From Bacilli bacterium (lineage in GTDB: Bacteria > Bacillota_I > Bacilli_A > RF39 > UBA660), in contig JAFUTO010000013.1 in the NCBI GenBank assembly GCA_017484205.1, forward strand, positions 217-64,216: a stretch of DNA of 64,000 nt. The letters are read 5' to 3'. Below are positions 1 through 10,020 of this stretch, piece after piece. The notes beneath the pieces are model-generated. The model had not been told where the DNA came from. It did no database searches and worked only from the letters and a program-made list of their open reading frames with translations. Position numbers and translations under genes: made by a program. Positions within the stretch are counted from its first letter, which is position 1, and every line of letters begins with the position of its first letter.

Positions 1-11
1 TGCCTATTTTA

Positions 12-716
12 TTATTTAGGCATCTTTATTAGTTTTCCTCCAGAGTCTCTATTATCATGATCTAAATTTAATAAGTATTCAACAGTTTCATCAAAACCTT
101 TTCCTTTAAAATCTTTGGCATTATGAACAAAACATTCATATGAATAACACTCAAGTATTCCATATAAGCAAGCAACAGTATATAAATTAAATACATAATC
201 ATCCATATATATATCTTTTTCACCAGTCAAATCAAGATATCTTTTTTGATTTCTATTTAAAATATCAAAATCATAATCATTAATTTTAACATTATCTAAA
301 TCACATAAAGCAATATCTTTTTTACTATTTATTAATATATTACTACTTCTAATATCTCCATATACAATTCCTTTTTTATGCATATATTCTAACTTTTTAT
401 ATAATAGTTTTAATATATCAATTCTTTCTCTTATCGTATATTCTTTAGGCTTAAATTCTTTATAGTCTTTTAATTTAAACATAGAATAACCTTTAAATTC
501 ATCATTTATATATATTAAATCAAGAGGTCTTGTCTTTAAATCAATTTTATTTAATAAAAGTAATTTGTTATATTTATTTTCTAATATAGGTTTCTTTTTA
601 GTTTGAAATATCTTAATGATTTTATTACCATATAAATATACTTTACTTTCTTTACCACCCGCGATAGATTCACCCAATAAGGATTCGTTTAAATCAAGCC
701 TATTCATAGAATTCAC
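12..716 (-). CDS. Ser/Thr protein kinase-like protein
   Basis: Gly-loop (IAGGKESKVY), IIK lysine, catalytic loop YGDIRSSNIL and DLD motif. Confidence 0.7.
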   Translation of the reverse strand: MNSMNRLDLNESLLGESIAGGKESKVYLYGNKIIKIFQTKKKPILENKYNKLLLLNKIDLKTRPLDLIYINDEFKGYSMFKLKDYKEFKPKEYTIRERIDILKLLYKKLEYMHKKGIVYGDIRSSNILINSKKDIALCDLDNVKINDYDFDILNRNQKRYLDLTGEKDIYMDDYVFNLYTVACLYGILECYSYECFVHNAKDFKGKGFDETVEYLLNLDHDNRDSGGKLIKMPK

Positions 717-789
717 CCCTTTTTCCTTGTAATATTATATACTAAAACAAAATAAATGCAAATTATGATATAATTTAATTGGTGGTATT

Positions 790-1881
790 ATGTCTATATA
801 TATTCATATTCCTTTTTGTAGATCAATATGTACTTATTGTGATTTTGCAAAGCTATATCATAATGAAGAATGGATTTCCAAGTATTTAGATAGTTTATAT
901 AATGAAATAAAAGACAAATATAAAGGTGAAGAGGTTAAAACTATATATATAGGAGGAGGAACTCCTAGTAGTTTACCTATCAAATATTTAAATAAACTAT
1001 TTGATATTATTAAAATATTTAAATATAAAGATATTGAATTTACATTTGAATGTAATATTGAAGATATAAATGATGAATTATTAATTTTACTAAAGAATAA
1101 TAAAGTTAATAGATTTAGTATAGGAGTAGAAACATTTAATGAGAAACATCTTAAATTCTTAGGTAGAAATATAAAAAAAGATGATATAATAAATAATATA
1201 GAGTTATCTAAGAAATATTTTGATAATATAAGTATTGATTTGATGTATGCAATACCAAGTCAAACATTAGAAGAATTGGATAATGATATAGATGAATTTT
1301 TAAAAATAGATGTGCCACATATATCAACATATTCACTTATCATAGAACCACATACAGCTATTTATAAAAAGATAGATTATATAGATGAAGAATTAGATAG
1401 AAGTATGTATGATTTAATCATAAAAAGACTTGATGGTTATAAACATTATGAGGTTAGTAATTTTAGTAAAGTAGGTTATGAGTCTATTCATAATATGACT
1501 TATTGGAATAATGAACACTATTATGGATTTGGATTAGGATCTGGAGGATACATAGATAATATAAGGTATCTAAATACTAGAAATATAAATGATTATATAA
1601 AAGGTAATTATTTATTAGAAGAAGATAAACTAGATATAAATACTATTATAGAAAATGAATTTATATTAGGTCTTAGAAAAATAGATGGTATAAATAAAGG
1701 TAGTTTTAAAGAAAAGTATAATATTGATATAAATGATATAGATATAGTAGATAAATTAATAAAAGAAAATAAATTAGTAGATGATAAAAATAATATTAAA
1801 ATAAGATATGATTTAATATATACATCTAATAGTATATTAGTAGAATTTATAGGGAGGAATTATGGTAAGTACATTAGATAA
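790..1881 (+). CDS. hemW: Radical SAM heme chaperone HemW (HemN-like)
   Basis: YIHIPFC..IC.YCDF radical SAM motif, GGGTPS, YEVSNF, HNxxYW. Confidence 0.9.
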   Translation: MSIYIHIPFCRSICTYCDFAKLYHNEEWISKYLDSLYNEIKDKYKGEEVKTIYIGGGTPSSLPIKYLNKLFDIIKIFKYKDIEFTFECNIEDINDELLILLKNNKVNRFSIGVETFNEKHLKFLGRNIKKDDIINNIELSKKYFDNISIDLMYAIPSQTLEELDNDIDEFLKIDVPHISTYSLIIEPHTAIYKKIDYIDEELDRSMYDLIIKRLDGYKHYEVSNFSKVGYESIHNMTYWNNEHYYGFGLGSGGYIDNIRYLNTRNINDYIKGNYLLEEDKLDINTIIENEFILGLRKIDGINKGSFKEKYNIDINDIDIVDKLIKENKLVDDKNNIKIRYDLIYTSNSILVEFIGRNYGKYIR

Positions 1882-2455
1882 AGTAGCAGTTTTTACAAAA
1901 GAGTTGAGCTATATAAAAGATAGTAGGATATTAGAAAATAGTAAGAAGATGATTAATATGATACCTGATTATTTTTTTGAAGTACCAGCATCTTCTACAG
2001 GTAAATATCATCCTCCTTTTGCTCAGGGAGATGGAGGCTTAATAAGACATACTAAAGCAGCAGTTAGAATAGCATATGAAATATTATCATCAGCTTGTTT
2101 ATGTAATGATTATAGTGATATAGATCGTGATTTAGTTATTATTGGTTTAATAATGCATGACAGTTGTAAATATGGTTTGGAAAAAGGAAAATATACAGTT
2201 GTAAATCATCCTATGATCGCGGCTAAATTAATAAGGGATAATAAAGATTCACTTACATTAACAGAGGATGAATTAAATTTACTTACAGGTATGATAGAAG
2301 CCCATATGGGACCATTTAATAAAGATTTTAAAGGTAATGTTTTAATGCCTTTACCAAAGAATAAATATGAGAAATTTGTTCATATGTGTGATTTATTAGC
2401 TAGTAAAAAATTTTTAGATATAAGATTTAATGAAGATAATGAAATAGTAGAGTAG
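1862..2455 (+). CDS. HD-domain phosphohydrolase
   Basis: PASSTGKYHP...GGLIRHT, MHD, HMG, CD motifs. Confidence 0.8.
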   Translation: MVSTLDKVAVFTKELSYIKDSRILENSKKMINMIPDYFFEVPASSTGKYHPPFAQGDGGLIRHTKAAVRIAYEILSSACLCNDYSDIDRDLVIIGLIMHDSCKYGLEKGKYTVVNHPMIAAKLIRDNKDSLTLTEDELNLLTGMIEAHMGPFNKDFKGNVLMPLPKNKYEKFVHMCDLLASKKFLDIRFNEDNEIVE

Positions 2456-2462
2456 GTGTTTT

Positions 2463-3167
2463 ATGAAAGGTAAATTAATAGTTATTGAAGGAACAGATTG
2501 TTCAGGAAAAGAAACGCAGACAAAAAGATTATATGAGTGTTTAAAAAATGAGGGTATAAAAGTAGTATGTTTTTCTTTCCCCGCGTATGATACTCCGACT
2601 GGTAAAATAGTAGGAGGACCATATTTAGGAAAAGACTATATATGTGATGGTTGGTTTCCTGAAGGAGCTTCTAATGTAGACCCTAAAGTAGCTTCATTAT
2701 ACTATGCAGCAGATAGAAAATATAATATGCATATTATAGATGAGTATCTAAATAGTGGTGTTAATGTTATTTTAGATAGATATATATATTCTAATATGGC
2801 ACATCAAGGTGGTAAGATAGAAGATGTAGAAGAGAGAAATAAGATGTATAATTTTATAGAAACATTAGAATTTGATTTATTAGAATTACCTCATGCAGAT
2901 ATCAAGATATTTTTACATATGCCATATAAATTTTCAATGGAAATAGGCAAAAGAAGAAAAGAAGGATTAGATCAACATGAGTCAAGTGAAAGACATTTAA
3001 AAAATGCCGAAAAATCATATTTAGAGATTGCAGATAAATATGGCTTTAAAACAATTGAATGTGCTAATGAAGAAATAAGAACTAGAGAAGATATAAGTGT
3101 AGATGTAATAGATTATGTAAAACAAGCATTAATAATTAATGACAAAGAATATAAGAAGACGACTTAG
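2463..3167 (+). CDS. tmk: Thymidylate kinase
   Basis: IEGTDCSGKETQ P-loop, DRYIYSNMAHQ. Confidence 0.88.
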   Translation: MKGKLIVIEGTDCSGKETQTKRLYECLKNEGIKVVCFSFPAYDTPTGKIVGGPYLGKDYICDGWFPEGASNVDPKVASLYYAADRKYNMHIIDEYLNSGVNVILDRYIYSNMAHQGGKIEDVEERNKMYNFIETLEFDLLELPHADIKIFLHMPYKFSMEIGKRRKEGLDQHESSERHLKNAEKSYLEIADKYGFKTIECANEEIRTREDISVDVIDYVKQALIINDKEYKKTT

Positions 3168-3209
3168 TCGTTTTTTTCTTTAATAAACATATAATTAATT
3201 GGTGATTGT

Positions 3210-3806
3210 ATGATAGGTATTTTAGGAAGATTAGATTATACTCCATCAGGCAAAGAGGCTTATATAGTATATAAAGATTTAAATGATATAGTATTAAAAT
3301 ATGATATGAATGTTATAGGAATAATGCCTAATGAAATAGAAAAAACAAAGGAATTAATTAATATGTGTGATGGTGTGATATTAAGTGGAGGAAGTAATAT
3401 AAGTAAAAATGATTTCGCTATTATTAAATATATTTATGATAATAATATACCATGTTTAGGAATATGTATGGGGATGCAAGAAATGGCATATTTATTTGGT
3501 GGAGTTATGAAAGATATAGATAATCATTATAATAAAAATCATAAAGTTATTATAAGCAATAGTAATATATATGGTGATAAAGTAATGGATGTAAATAGTA
3601 GACATAAAAGTTATATAGCACAAACTGATTTGGAAGTCGTAGGTAGAAGTGAAGATGGTATTATTGAAATGGTAGAAGATAAATTTAAGAAGTTCTTTGT
3701 AGGTGTAGAGTGGCATCCTGAGAATATGTATGATAGTGTGGATGCAAAAATATTATTCGACAAATTTATAGATTCCACAAAAGATATAAAAAAGGAAATA
3801 AAATGA
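3210..3806 (+). CDS. Peptidase C26 / gamma-glutamyl-gamma-aminobutyrate hydrolase family
   Basis: LGICMGMQ nucleophile, VNSRH, VEWHPE. Confidence 0.85.
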   Translation: MIGILGRLDYTPSGKEAYIVYKDLNDIVLKYDMNVIGIMPNEIEKTKELINMCDGVILSGGSNISKNDFAIIKYIYDNNIPCLGICMGMQEMAYLFGGVMKDIDNHYNKNHKVIISNSNIYGDKVMDVNSRHKSYIAQTDLEVVGRSEDGIIEMVEDKFKKFFVGVEWHPENMYDSVDAKILFDKFIDSTKDIKKEIK

Positions 3807-3867
3807 TAAAAAATCATTGTATTATTGTGATAATGTGCTATAATATTATTGGCTTTTTTAAATAAAC

Positions 3868-3920
3868 ATGATGCGAATTTCTATGCCTAGTGCCTTAGGG
3901 TGGTATAGTTTTGAAACATC
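3868..3920 (+). promoter_or_regulatory. rpsB leader RNA (likely S2 autoregulatory element)
   Basis: Nested stems TGATG/CATCA and CTATGCC/GGTATAG between a TGCTATAAT promoter and the rpsB RBS. Confidence 0.55.
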
Positions 3921-3947
3921 AGAAGCAATAACGAAAGGAGAATCGAT

Positions 3948-4988
3948 ATGGCAGTAGTGTCTATGAATTTATTATTGGAGGCTGGAGTACACTTTGGTCA
4001 CCAAACAAAAAGATGGAATCCTAAGATGAAAGAATATATTTATGGATCTAGAGATGACATCTATATTATTGATTTACAAAAAACAGCTAACAGACTAGAA
4101 GAAGCTTATAAAGCTTTAAATGAAATAAGCAAGAATGGTGGTAAAACATTATTTGTTGGTACTAGAAAACAAGCTGAAGAAGCTGTTAGAGAAGAAGCTT
4201 TAAGAAGTGGTTCTTATTATGTTAACCAAAGATGGTTAGGTGGAACATTAACTAATTTCAGAACAATCAGAAGAAGAGTTAAGAGATTAGAAGAAATTGA
4301 AAATATGGAAAAAGATGGTACTTTTGATAAGTTACCTAAGAAAGAAGTAGCTTTACTTAAGAAGGAATATGAAAAATTAAATAAATTATTATGTGGTATT
4401 AGAGAAATGACTAAATTACCAGATGCTTTATTTATCGTAGATCCTTCAAAAGAAGATATCGCTATTAAAGAAGCTAGAAGATTACATATTCCAGTATTTG
4501 GTATTGTTGATACAAACTGTGATCCAGATATGGTTGACTATGTTATCCCTGGTAATGATGATGCTATTAGAGCTGTTAAATTAATTACAGGTGTAATGGC
4601 AAATGCTATAGTTGAAGCTAATGGTGGAAAGATGGTTGATTATACTACAGGTGATTCACAAAGTGCATCTGACATTATGCAAAAAGCTGTAGAATCAGTT
4701 AAGAGAAAAGAAGATCGTGTTCCAAGAGAAAGATTTGATAAGAAAAAACCATTTAATAAAGATAAAAAAGAAACAAAAGAAGAAGTTAAATCAGATAAAA
4801 AAGAAAAAGTAGAAACTAAAAAAGTAGAAAAAGCTAAAGAAACAAAAGAAGTTAAAGAAACTGCTAAAAAAGCCACAGTAGATTTATCTACTAAAACAGT
4901 TGCTGAACTTAGAGATTTAGCAAAAGCTAAAGATATTAAAGGCTATTCTACAATGAAGAAAGCTGAATTATTAGAAGCTTTAAAATAA
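3948..4988 (+). CDS. rpsB: 30S ribosomal protein S2 with K/E-rich tail and Rho-N-like C-terminal domain
   Basis: [27 protein letters not shown]; tail ends [31 protein letters not shown]. Confidence 0.97.
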   Translation: MAVVSMNLLLEAGVHFGHQTKRWNPKMKEYIYGSRDDIYIIDLQKTANRLEEAYKALNEISKNGGKTLFVGTRKQAEEAVREEALRSGSYYVNQRWLGGTLTNFRTIRRRVKRLEEIENMEKDGTFDKLPKKEVALLKKEYEKLNKLLCGIREMTKLPDALFIVDPSKEDIAIKEARRLHIPVFGIVDTNCDPDMVDYVIPGNDDAIRAVKLITGVMANAIVEANGGKMVDYTTGDSQSASDIMQKAVESVKRKEDRVPRERFDKKKPFNKDKKETKEEVKSDKKEKVETKKVEKAKETKEVKETAKKATVDLSTKTVAELRDLAKAKDIKGYSTMKKAELLEALK

Positions 4989-5039
4989 GATTATTAAGAT
5001 GATTCATAAATCATCTTTAATTATATAAGGAGGATTATT

Positions 5040-5915
5040 ATGATAAGTGCTAGTATGGTAAAAGAACTAAGAGAAAAAACAGGCGCTGGTATGTTAGATT
5101 GCAAAAAAGCATTAGAAGAAACTAATGGTAATCTAGATGCAGCTATCGATTGGTTAAGAGAAAAAGGTATTTCTAAAGCAGCTAAAAAAGCTGATAGAAT
5201 TGCTGCTGAAGGACTTGCCCAAGTTTTAATAGATGAAAATGATGCTATTATTGTTGAAGTTAACTCTGAAACTGATTTCGTTGCTAAAAATCCTGAATTT
5301 GTTAACTTAGTTGATACAATTGCAAAAGCATTAATCAATTCTGATGCAAAAACAGTAGAAGATGCATTAAAAGTAGAAGTAGAAGGAAATACTATTGAAT
5401 CAATTATTACTGAAAAAACAGCTACTATTGGTGAAAAATTATCTTTAAGAAGATTCACTAAAGTAACTAAAAATGATGATGATAATTTTGGTTCATATAT
5501 TCATATGGGTGGTAAAATTGCTGTATTAACAGTATTAAACAAAGCTAGTGAAGAAGTAGCTAAAGAAGTAGCTATGCAATCAGCAGCTATGAGACCTACA
5601 TATGTAAAACCAACTGACATTCCTACAGAAGTATTAGAAAAAGAAAAAGATATTATGAGAGCTGAACTTGCTAATGAAGGTAAACCAGCAGATAAAATTG
5701 AAAATATCTTAGTAGGAAAAGTTAATAAATATTATGAAGAAGTATGTTTAGAAAATCAAATATTTATTAAAGCTGAAAATAAAGAAACAGTTGCAAAATA
5801 TGTTTCAAATAATGGTGGATCAATTGTTGATATGATTCGCTATGAAGTAGGCGAAGGAATGGAAAAAAGAGAAGAGAATTTTGCTGAAGAAGTAGCAAAA
5901 GCTGCTAATGTATAA
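5040..5915 (+). CDS. tsf: Elongation factor Ts
   Basis: VKELREKTGAGMLDCKKAL, EVNSETDFVA; follows rpsB. Confidence 0.97.
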   Translation: MISASMVKELREKTGAGMLDCKKALEETNGNLDAAIDWLREKGISKAAKKADRIAAEGLAQVLIDENDAIIVEVNSETDFVAKNPEFVNLVDTIAKALINSDAKTVEDALKVEVEGNTIESIITEKTATIGEKLSLRRFTKVTKNDDDNFGSYIHMGGKIAVLTVLNKASEEVAKEVAMQSAAMRPTYVKPTDIPTEVLEKEKDIMRAELANEGKPADKIENILVGKVNKYYEEVCLENQIFIKAENKETVAKYVSNNGGSIVDMIRYEVGEGMEKREENFAEEVAKAANV

Positions 5916-5973
5916 GAGTTTTAAACTCTTTTCTTTTTTTATTCTTTTTGATATAATCAATATAGGTGATAAT

Positions 5974-6486
5974 ATGAAAAAGAATAGTATGATAATTATA
6001 TTTTCAGTAATAATAATCGGATTATGTGGTTATATTATATATGATAAAGTGATAAATAAAGAAGAACCAACTGTATGTAATAAATGCCCAGATTGTATTT
6101 GTAATGATGCTAAAGACATAAATGCTAACCAAAAAATAAAAGTTATGTATTATGTGAGTGACTTTGGAAAAACTAACTATCATGATGGACGTGTTTCTTT
6201 AGCTTTATATTCTGAACCTAATTCATCAGGTTTAGATTATGGTTTTTTCTCACTTGATATTGCATATGGAAATGAATTTAATGGTGTAACTAATGGTAAT
6301 TATGATATTAAGGACGGTAAGTTAATATTAACATTTAGAACAAGCGATGATGTTAACCACACATTTAAAAATGAATTAGGAGTAGATATAGAATATACTG
6401 ATACGAATGATTGGAGATTATATTCTACAAGTTATAATGATGATGTGATTGAAATTGGAAATATAAAATTATATGCAGTAAAATAG
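5974..6486 (+). CDS. Membrane-anchored hypothetical protein
   Basis: GGTGA RBS before ATG 5974; N-terminal TM helix, CNKCPDCIC cluster. Confidence 0.6.
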   Translation: MKKNSMIIIFSVIIIGLCGYIIYDKVINKEEPTVCNKCPDCICNDAKDINANQKIKVMYYVSDFGKTNYHDGRVSLALYSEPNSSGLDYGFFSLDIAYGNEFNGVTNGNYDIKDGKLILTFRTSDDVNHTFKNELGVDIEYTDTNDWRLYSTSYNDDVIEIGNIKLYAVK

Positions 6487-6548
6487 ATAAGAAGCTAAAT
6501 GCTTTTTTTCTTTATTTAAATATGTTATAATTATATAGGAGGGTTTTT

Positions 6549-7139
6549 ATGACAAACGAAACAAAAGAAATATATGAATTAATTGATGAAAAACAAAGAC
6601 AAGAAATTGATAAAAAACTTAAAAAATTCTTTTTATCACGTAGTGATGTAGTAACTAGATATTATATTGATAAAAGAATTGAAAAAAATAGTGAAAGTCA
6701 TCAAGATGAATTAGAAACATTGAATTTAAAAGCTATAAAAAGAATAATTGATGGTGAAGATGGATATGTAAGACATGTAGATGAATTGGAACCTACAGTT
6801 AATCGTAATTGTGATTATTTTAGCTATTTAGCAGAAAGAATCTATATTGTATTTATGCCTAATAATACCTTTTATATAGGATTTGATGGTGAAATATCAG
6901 ATAATAGAAAAGTGTTTAATACTATTGATCATAAAACAATTTCTTATGATGAATTATATGCCGAAAATAAGGATTTATATTGGGTTAAATTTAGTGATTT
7001 ATGTAAACAAAATAAAGTTTTTTCTATGGACTCATTAAATGAAATAAAAGCTATTGTGGAGTTTTTACTAAATAGTTATCCTGAATTCTACAACATAATT
7101 TTTGATAATAAAAGTAAAGGAAAACAAATACAAAGATAA
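6549..7139 (+). CDS. Hypothetical protein
   Basis: 196-aa ORF with GGAGG RBS, own TGTTATAAT promoter and terminator. Confidence 0.65.
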   Translation: MTNETKEIYELIDEKQRQEIDKKLKKFFLSRSDVVTRYYIDKRIEKNSESHQDELETLNLKAIKRIIDGEDGYVRHVDELEPTVNRNCDYFSYLAERIYIVFMPNNTFYIGFDGEISDNRKVFNTIDHKTISYDELYAENKDLYWVKFSDLCKQNKVFSMDSLNEIKAIVEFLLNSYPEFYNIIFDNKSKGKQIQR

Positions 7140-7187
7140 CTACTTTAATATAAAGTAGTTTTTTGATATAATTTAAATGGTGATTTT

Positions 7188-7853
7188 ATGTTTACTAGAG
7201 AAGAGTGGGTTATAGGAGATAAAATAAATCTAATTAAAGAAAAAAGTGTATTAATAATTGGATTAGGTGGCGTAGGAGGTTATGCATTAGAAACTTTAGT
7301 AAGAGCAGGTATTGGTAAAGTTATCATTGTAGATAACGATACTATTGATATAACAAATTTAAATAGGCAAATAATATCTACAAAATCTAATATAGGTTTA
7401 AAAAAAGTAGATGAATGGGAAAAAAGAATTAAAGATATTAATCCAAATGTAGAAGTAGTTAAATATGATCTGTTTATAACAGAAGATAATATAGATATGT
7501 TATTTAAAGACAAAATAGACTATGTAGTAGATGCATGTGATACTATTAATACTAAAAAGGCTATAATAAGAATCTGTTTAAAAAATAAAATAAAATTTAT
7601 AACTAGTATGGGTACAGGCAATAAATTAGATCCATCTAAAATAACTATAGAAGATATTAGAAAGACTAGTTATGACCCTATCGCAAAGATACTTAGAAAA
7701 ATGGTAAAGGATGAAAAAATAAAAGAAAAAATAATGGTTGTGTCTTCAAAAGAAGAACCTAAAATAAAGGGTAAAGTAGGTTCTATATCTTATGTCCCAG
7801 CTACAGCAGGATTATATATTACTAGCTATATAATTAATGATATTTTAAAGTGA
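7188..7853 (+). CDS. tcdA: tRNA threonylcarbamoyladenosine dehydratase (ThiF family)
   Basis: GLGGVG, DITNLNRQ, SMGTGNKLDP, GSISYVP. Confidence 0.85.
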   Translation: MFTREEWVIGDKINLIKEKSVLIIGLGGVGGYALETLVRAGIGKVIIVDNDTIDITNLNRQIISTKSNIGLKKVDEWEKRIKDINPNVEVVKYDLFITEDNIDMLFKDKIDYVVDACDTINTKKAIIRICLKNKIKFITSMGTGNKLDPSKITIEDIRKTSYDPIAKILRKMVKDEKIKEKIMVVSSKEEPKIKGKVGSISYVPATAGLYITSYIINDILK

Positions 7854-7911
7854 AATTTGACAAAATATCCCAGTGTGCTATAATAGATATTGCTCGGGAG
7901 GAGATTACAAG

Positions 7912-8136
7912 ATGAAAGCAGAGCTGCAAATGGATATAATTCAAATAGTTGGTTCTATACTTTTAGCAATCGTTTCAAAAGTATTAGAATTAATTATAGG
8001 TGAATCTACCTTATTTGCGATTATAAATTTAATAGCTTTAATCTTATTTGTAAAAGGTATTATTACCTTTATTGAACACAAATATGATGTTAAGATATTA
8101 AAGTTCACTAACACAAAAACAATTAGTGAAAGATAA
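7912..8136 (+). CDS. Small two-TM membrane protein
   Basis: GGAGG RBS, TTGACA/TATAAT promoter, two hydrophobic helices. Confidence 0.6.
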   Translation: MKAELQMDIIQIVGSILLAIVSKVLELIIGESTLFAIINLIALILFVKGIITFIEHKYDVKILKFTNTKTISER

Positions 8137-8216
8137 AAGGATATATATCCTTTTTTTCATGTAGACATATTTTATTAAATTTGGTACAATATTATATAGA
8201 GAATAAGGGTGAGGTT

Positions 8217-9974
8217 ATGTTTGGGAAAATAGTTTATATTAGTGATAATAATGCACATATAGCAATACCAGAAGGAACACCAGTAGCTACTAATCTTATG
8301 AATATGCATGTTGTATTTGAAGATGAGAATAAAAAAATACTAGGTGAAGTAAATGATGTATCAAAAGATGAAATAAAAATAACTTTTTTAGGTGAAATAA
8401 CAGATCATGGATTTATTGGTGGTGTTATTAGAAAACCTACATTAGAAGCATCACTTAGAATTATAAATCAAGAAGAATTATCAATGATAGTGGGTACACC
8501 AGGGCCAGGAAAGTTTAGTGTAGGTGTCAGCCCATTATATGATGATTATCCAATTATGGCTTCTGTTAATGATATGTTTAGTAATCATATGGCTATATTT
8601 GGTAACTCTGGTTCGGGTAAATCATGTGGTGTTGCTAGATTAATGCAAAATGTCTTTGTAGATGAGGCCTTGAAACCATATAAAGCTAATTTTTTCATTT
8701 TTGATGCTTATGGAGAATATCATAATGCATTTAAAAATATAAATACTATAAATCCAAACTATAATTTTAAATATTATACAACTAATAAGATGGACACTGA
8801 AGGCGAGAGGTTAAGGATACCATTATGGTTATTGGATTCAGAAGACTTGTCATTACTTTTAAATGTTACAGAACACTCACAAATTCCTATTATTGAAAGA
8901 GTGTTAAAATTAGTTCAAATATTCGCAATGAGTGGTGATATGGCTATAAAATATAAAAACCATTTAATTGCTAAAGCTATTATGGCTATATTATTTACTA
9001 ATCAAACAAGTTCAGCTAAAAGAAATGATATTTTTGCTATTTTAGAGACTTGTTCAACAGAACAGTTTAACTTAGAAGCACCTGTACAAGGATTAGGTTA
9101 TGTACGTAAATTTAGAGATTGCTTTTTGATAGACACATCAGGAAACTTTACAGAAAGTATTTTAGTTACAGAATATATATCAAGTTTTATAGACGAAGCA
9201 TTAGATAAATATGAACCTACTGAAATCAATTTCTATACATTAGATGATTTAGAAAAGGCAATGAACTTTACTTTGATATCTGAAGGATATTTAAGAAATG
9301 ATATTGCTTATGCTTCAGCTATTACATTAAAAGTTAGATTACATTCATTAATTATAAGTGAATTGAGTCAATACTTTGAAATGCCTGAGTTTATTACAAG
9401 AGAAAAATATATAGCAAGTTTAGTTACTAAAAATGCTCATAAAGCTCAAATAGTTAACTTTAACTTAGAAGATGTAGATGACTGGTTTGCTAAGTTTGTT
9501 ACAAAAACATTTGCTAAATTATTATTTAACTTTGCAAAGAATTTGAATAACAGAGCTACTATACCATTCCATATCTTCTTAGAAGAAGCGCATAGATATG
9601 TTCAAAATGATAATGATAATTATTTATTTGGTTATAATATTTTTGAACGTGTTGCTAAAGAAGGACGTAAATATGGTGTTATATTAGACTTAATATCTCA
9701 AAGACCAGTTGAACTATCAGAAACAGTTATATCACAAATATCTAATTTTATGATATTTAAACTAACACATCCAAGAGACTTAGATTATGTTAAAAAGATG
9801 TTACCAAATGTTTCAGCTGATATAATTGAAAAACAAAAAAGTCTACAACCAGGAACTTGTGTTGCGTTTGGGCCTGCATTTAAAATACCAATGATTATTA
9901 AAATGAAAATGCCAGATCCCGCACCTCAATCTTCTAACTGTGATATTATGAATACATGGACAGTACAACAATAG
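8217..9974 (+). CDS. HerA/DUF87-family ATPase
   Basis: Walker A GNSGSGKS, FDAYGEY, Walker B LEEAH, VAKEGRKYG, ISQRP. Confidence 0.85.
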   Translation: MFGKIVYISDNNAHIAIPEGTPVATNLMNMHVVFEDENKKILGEVNDVSKDEIKITFLGEITDHGFIGGVIRKPTLEASLRIINQEELSMIVGTPGPGKFSVGVSPLYDDYPIMASVNDMFSNHMAIFGNSGSGKSCGVARLMQNVFVDEALKPYKANFFIFDAYGEYHNAFKNINTINPNYNFKYYTTNKMDTEGERLRIPLWLLDSEDLSLLLNVTEHSQIPIIERVLKLVQIFAMSGDMAIKYKNHLIAKAIMAILFTNQTSSAKRNDIFAILETCSTEQFNLEAPVQGLGYVRKFRDCFLIDTSGNFTESILVTEYISSFIDEALDKYEPTEINFYTLDDLEKAMNFTLISEGYLRNDIAYASAITLKVRLHSLIISELSQYFEMPEFITREKYIASLVTKNAHKAQIVNFNLEDVDDWFAKFVTKTFAKLLFNFAKNLNNRATIPFHIFLEEAHRYVQNDNDNYLFGYNIFERVAKEGRKYGVILDLISQRPVELSETVISQISNFMIFKLTHPRDLDYVKKMLPNVSADIIEKQKSLQPGTCVAFGPAFKIPMIIKMKMPDPAPQSSNCDIMNTWTVQQ

Positions 9975-10020
9975 TACTGTTTTTTCTTTATAAATATGGT
10001 ATAATTAATGTGGTGATAAC

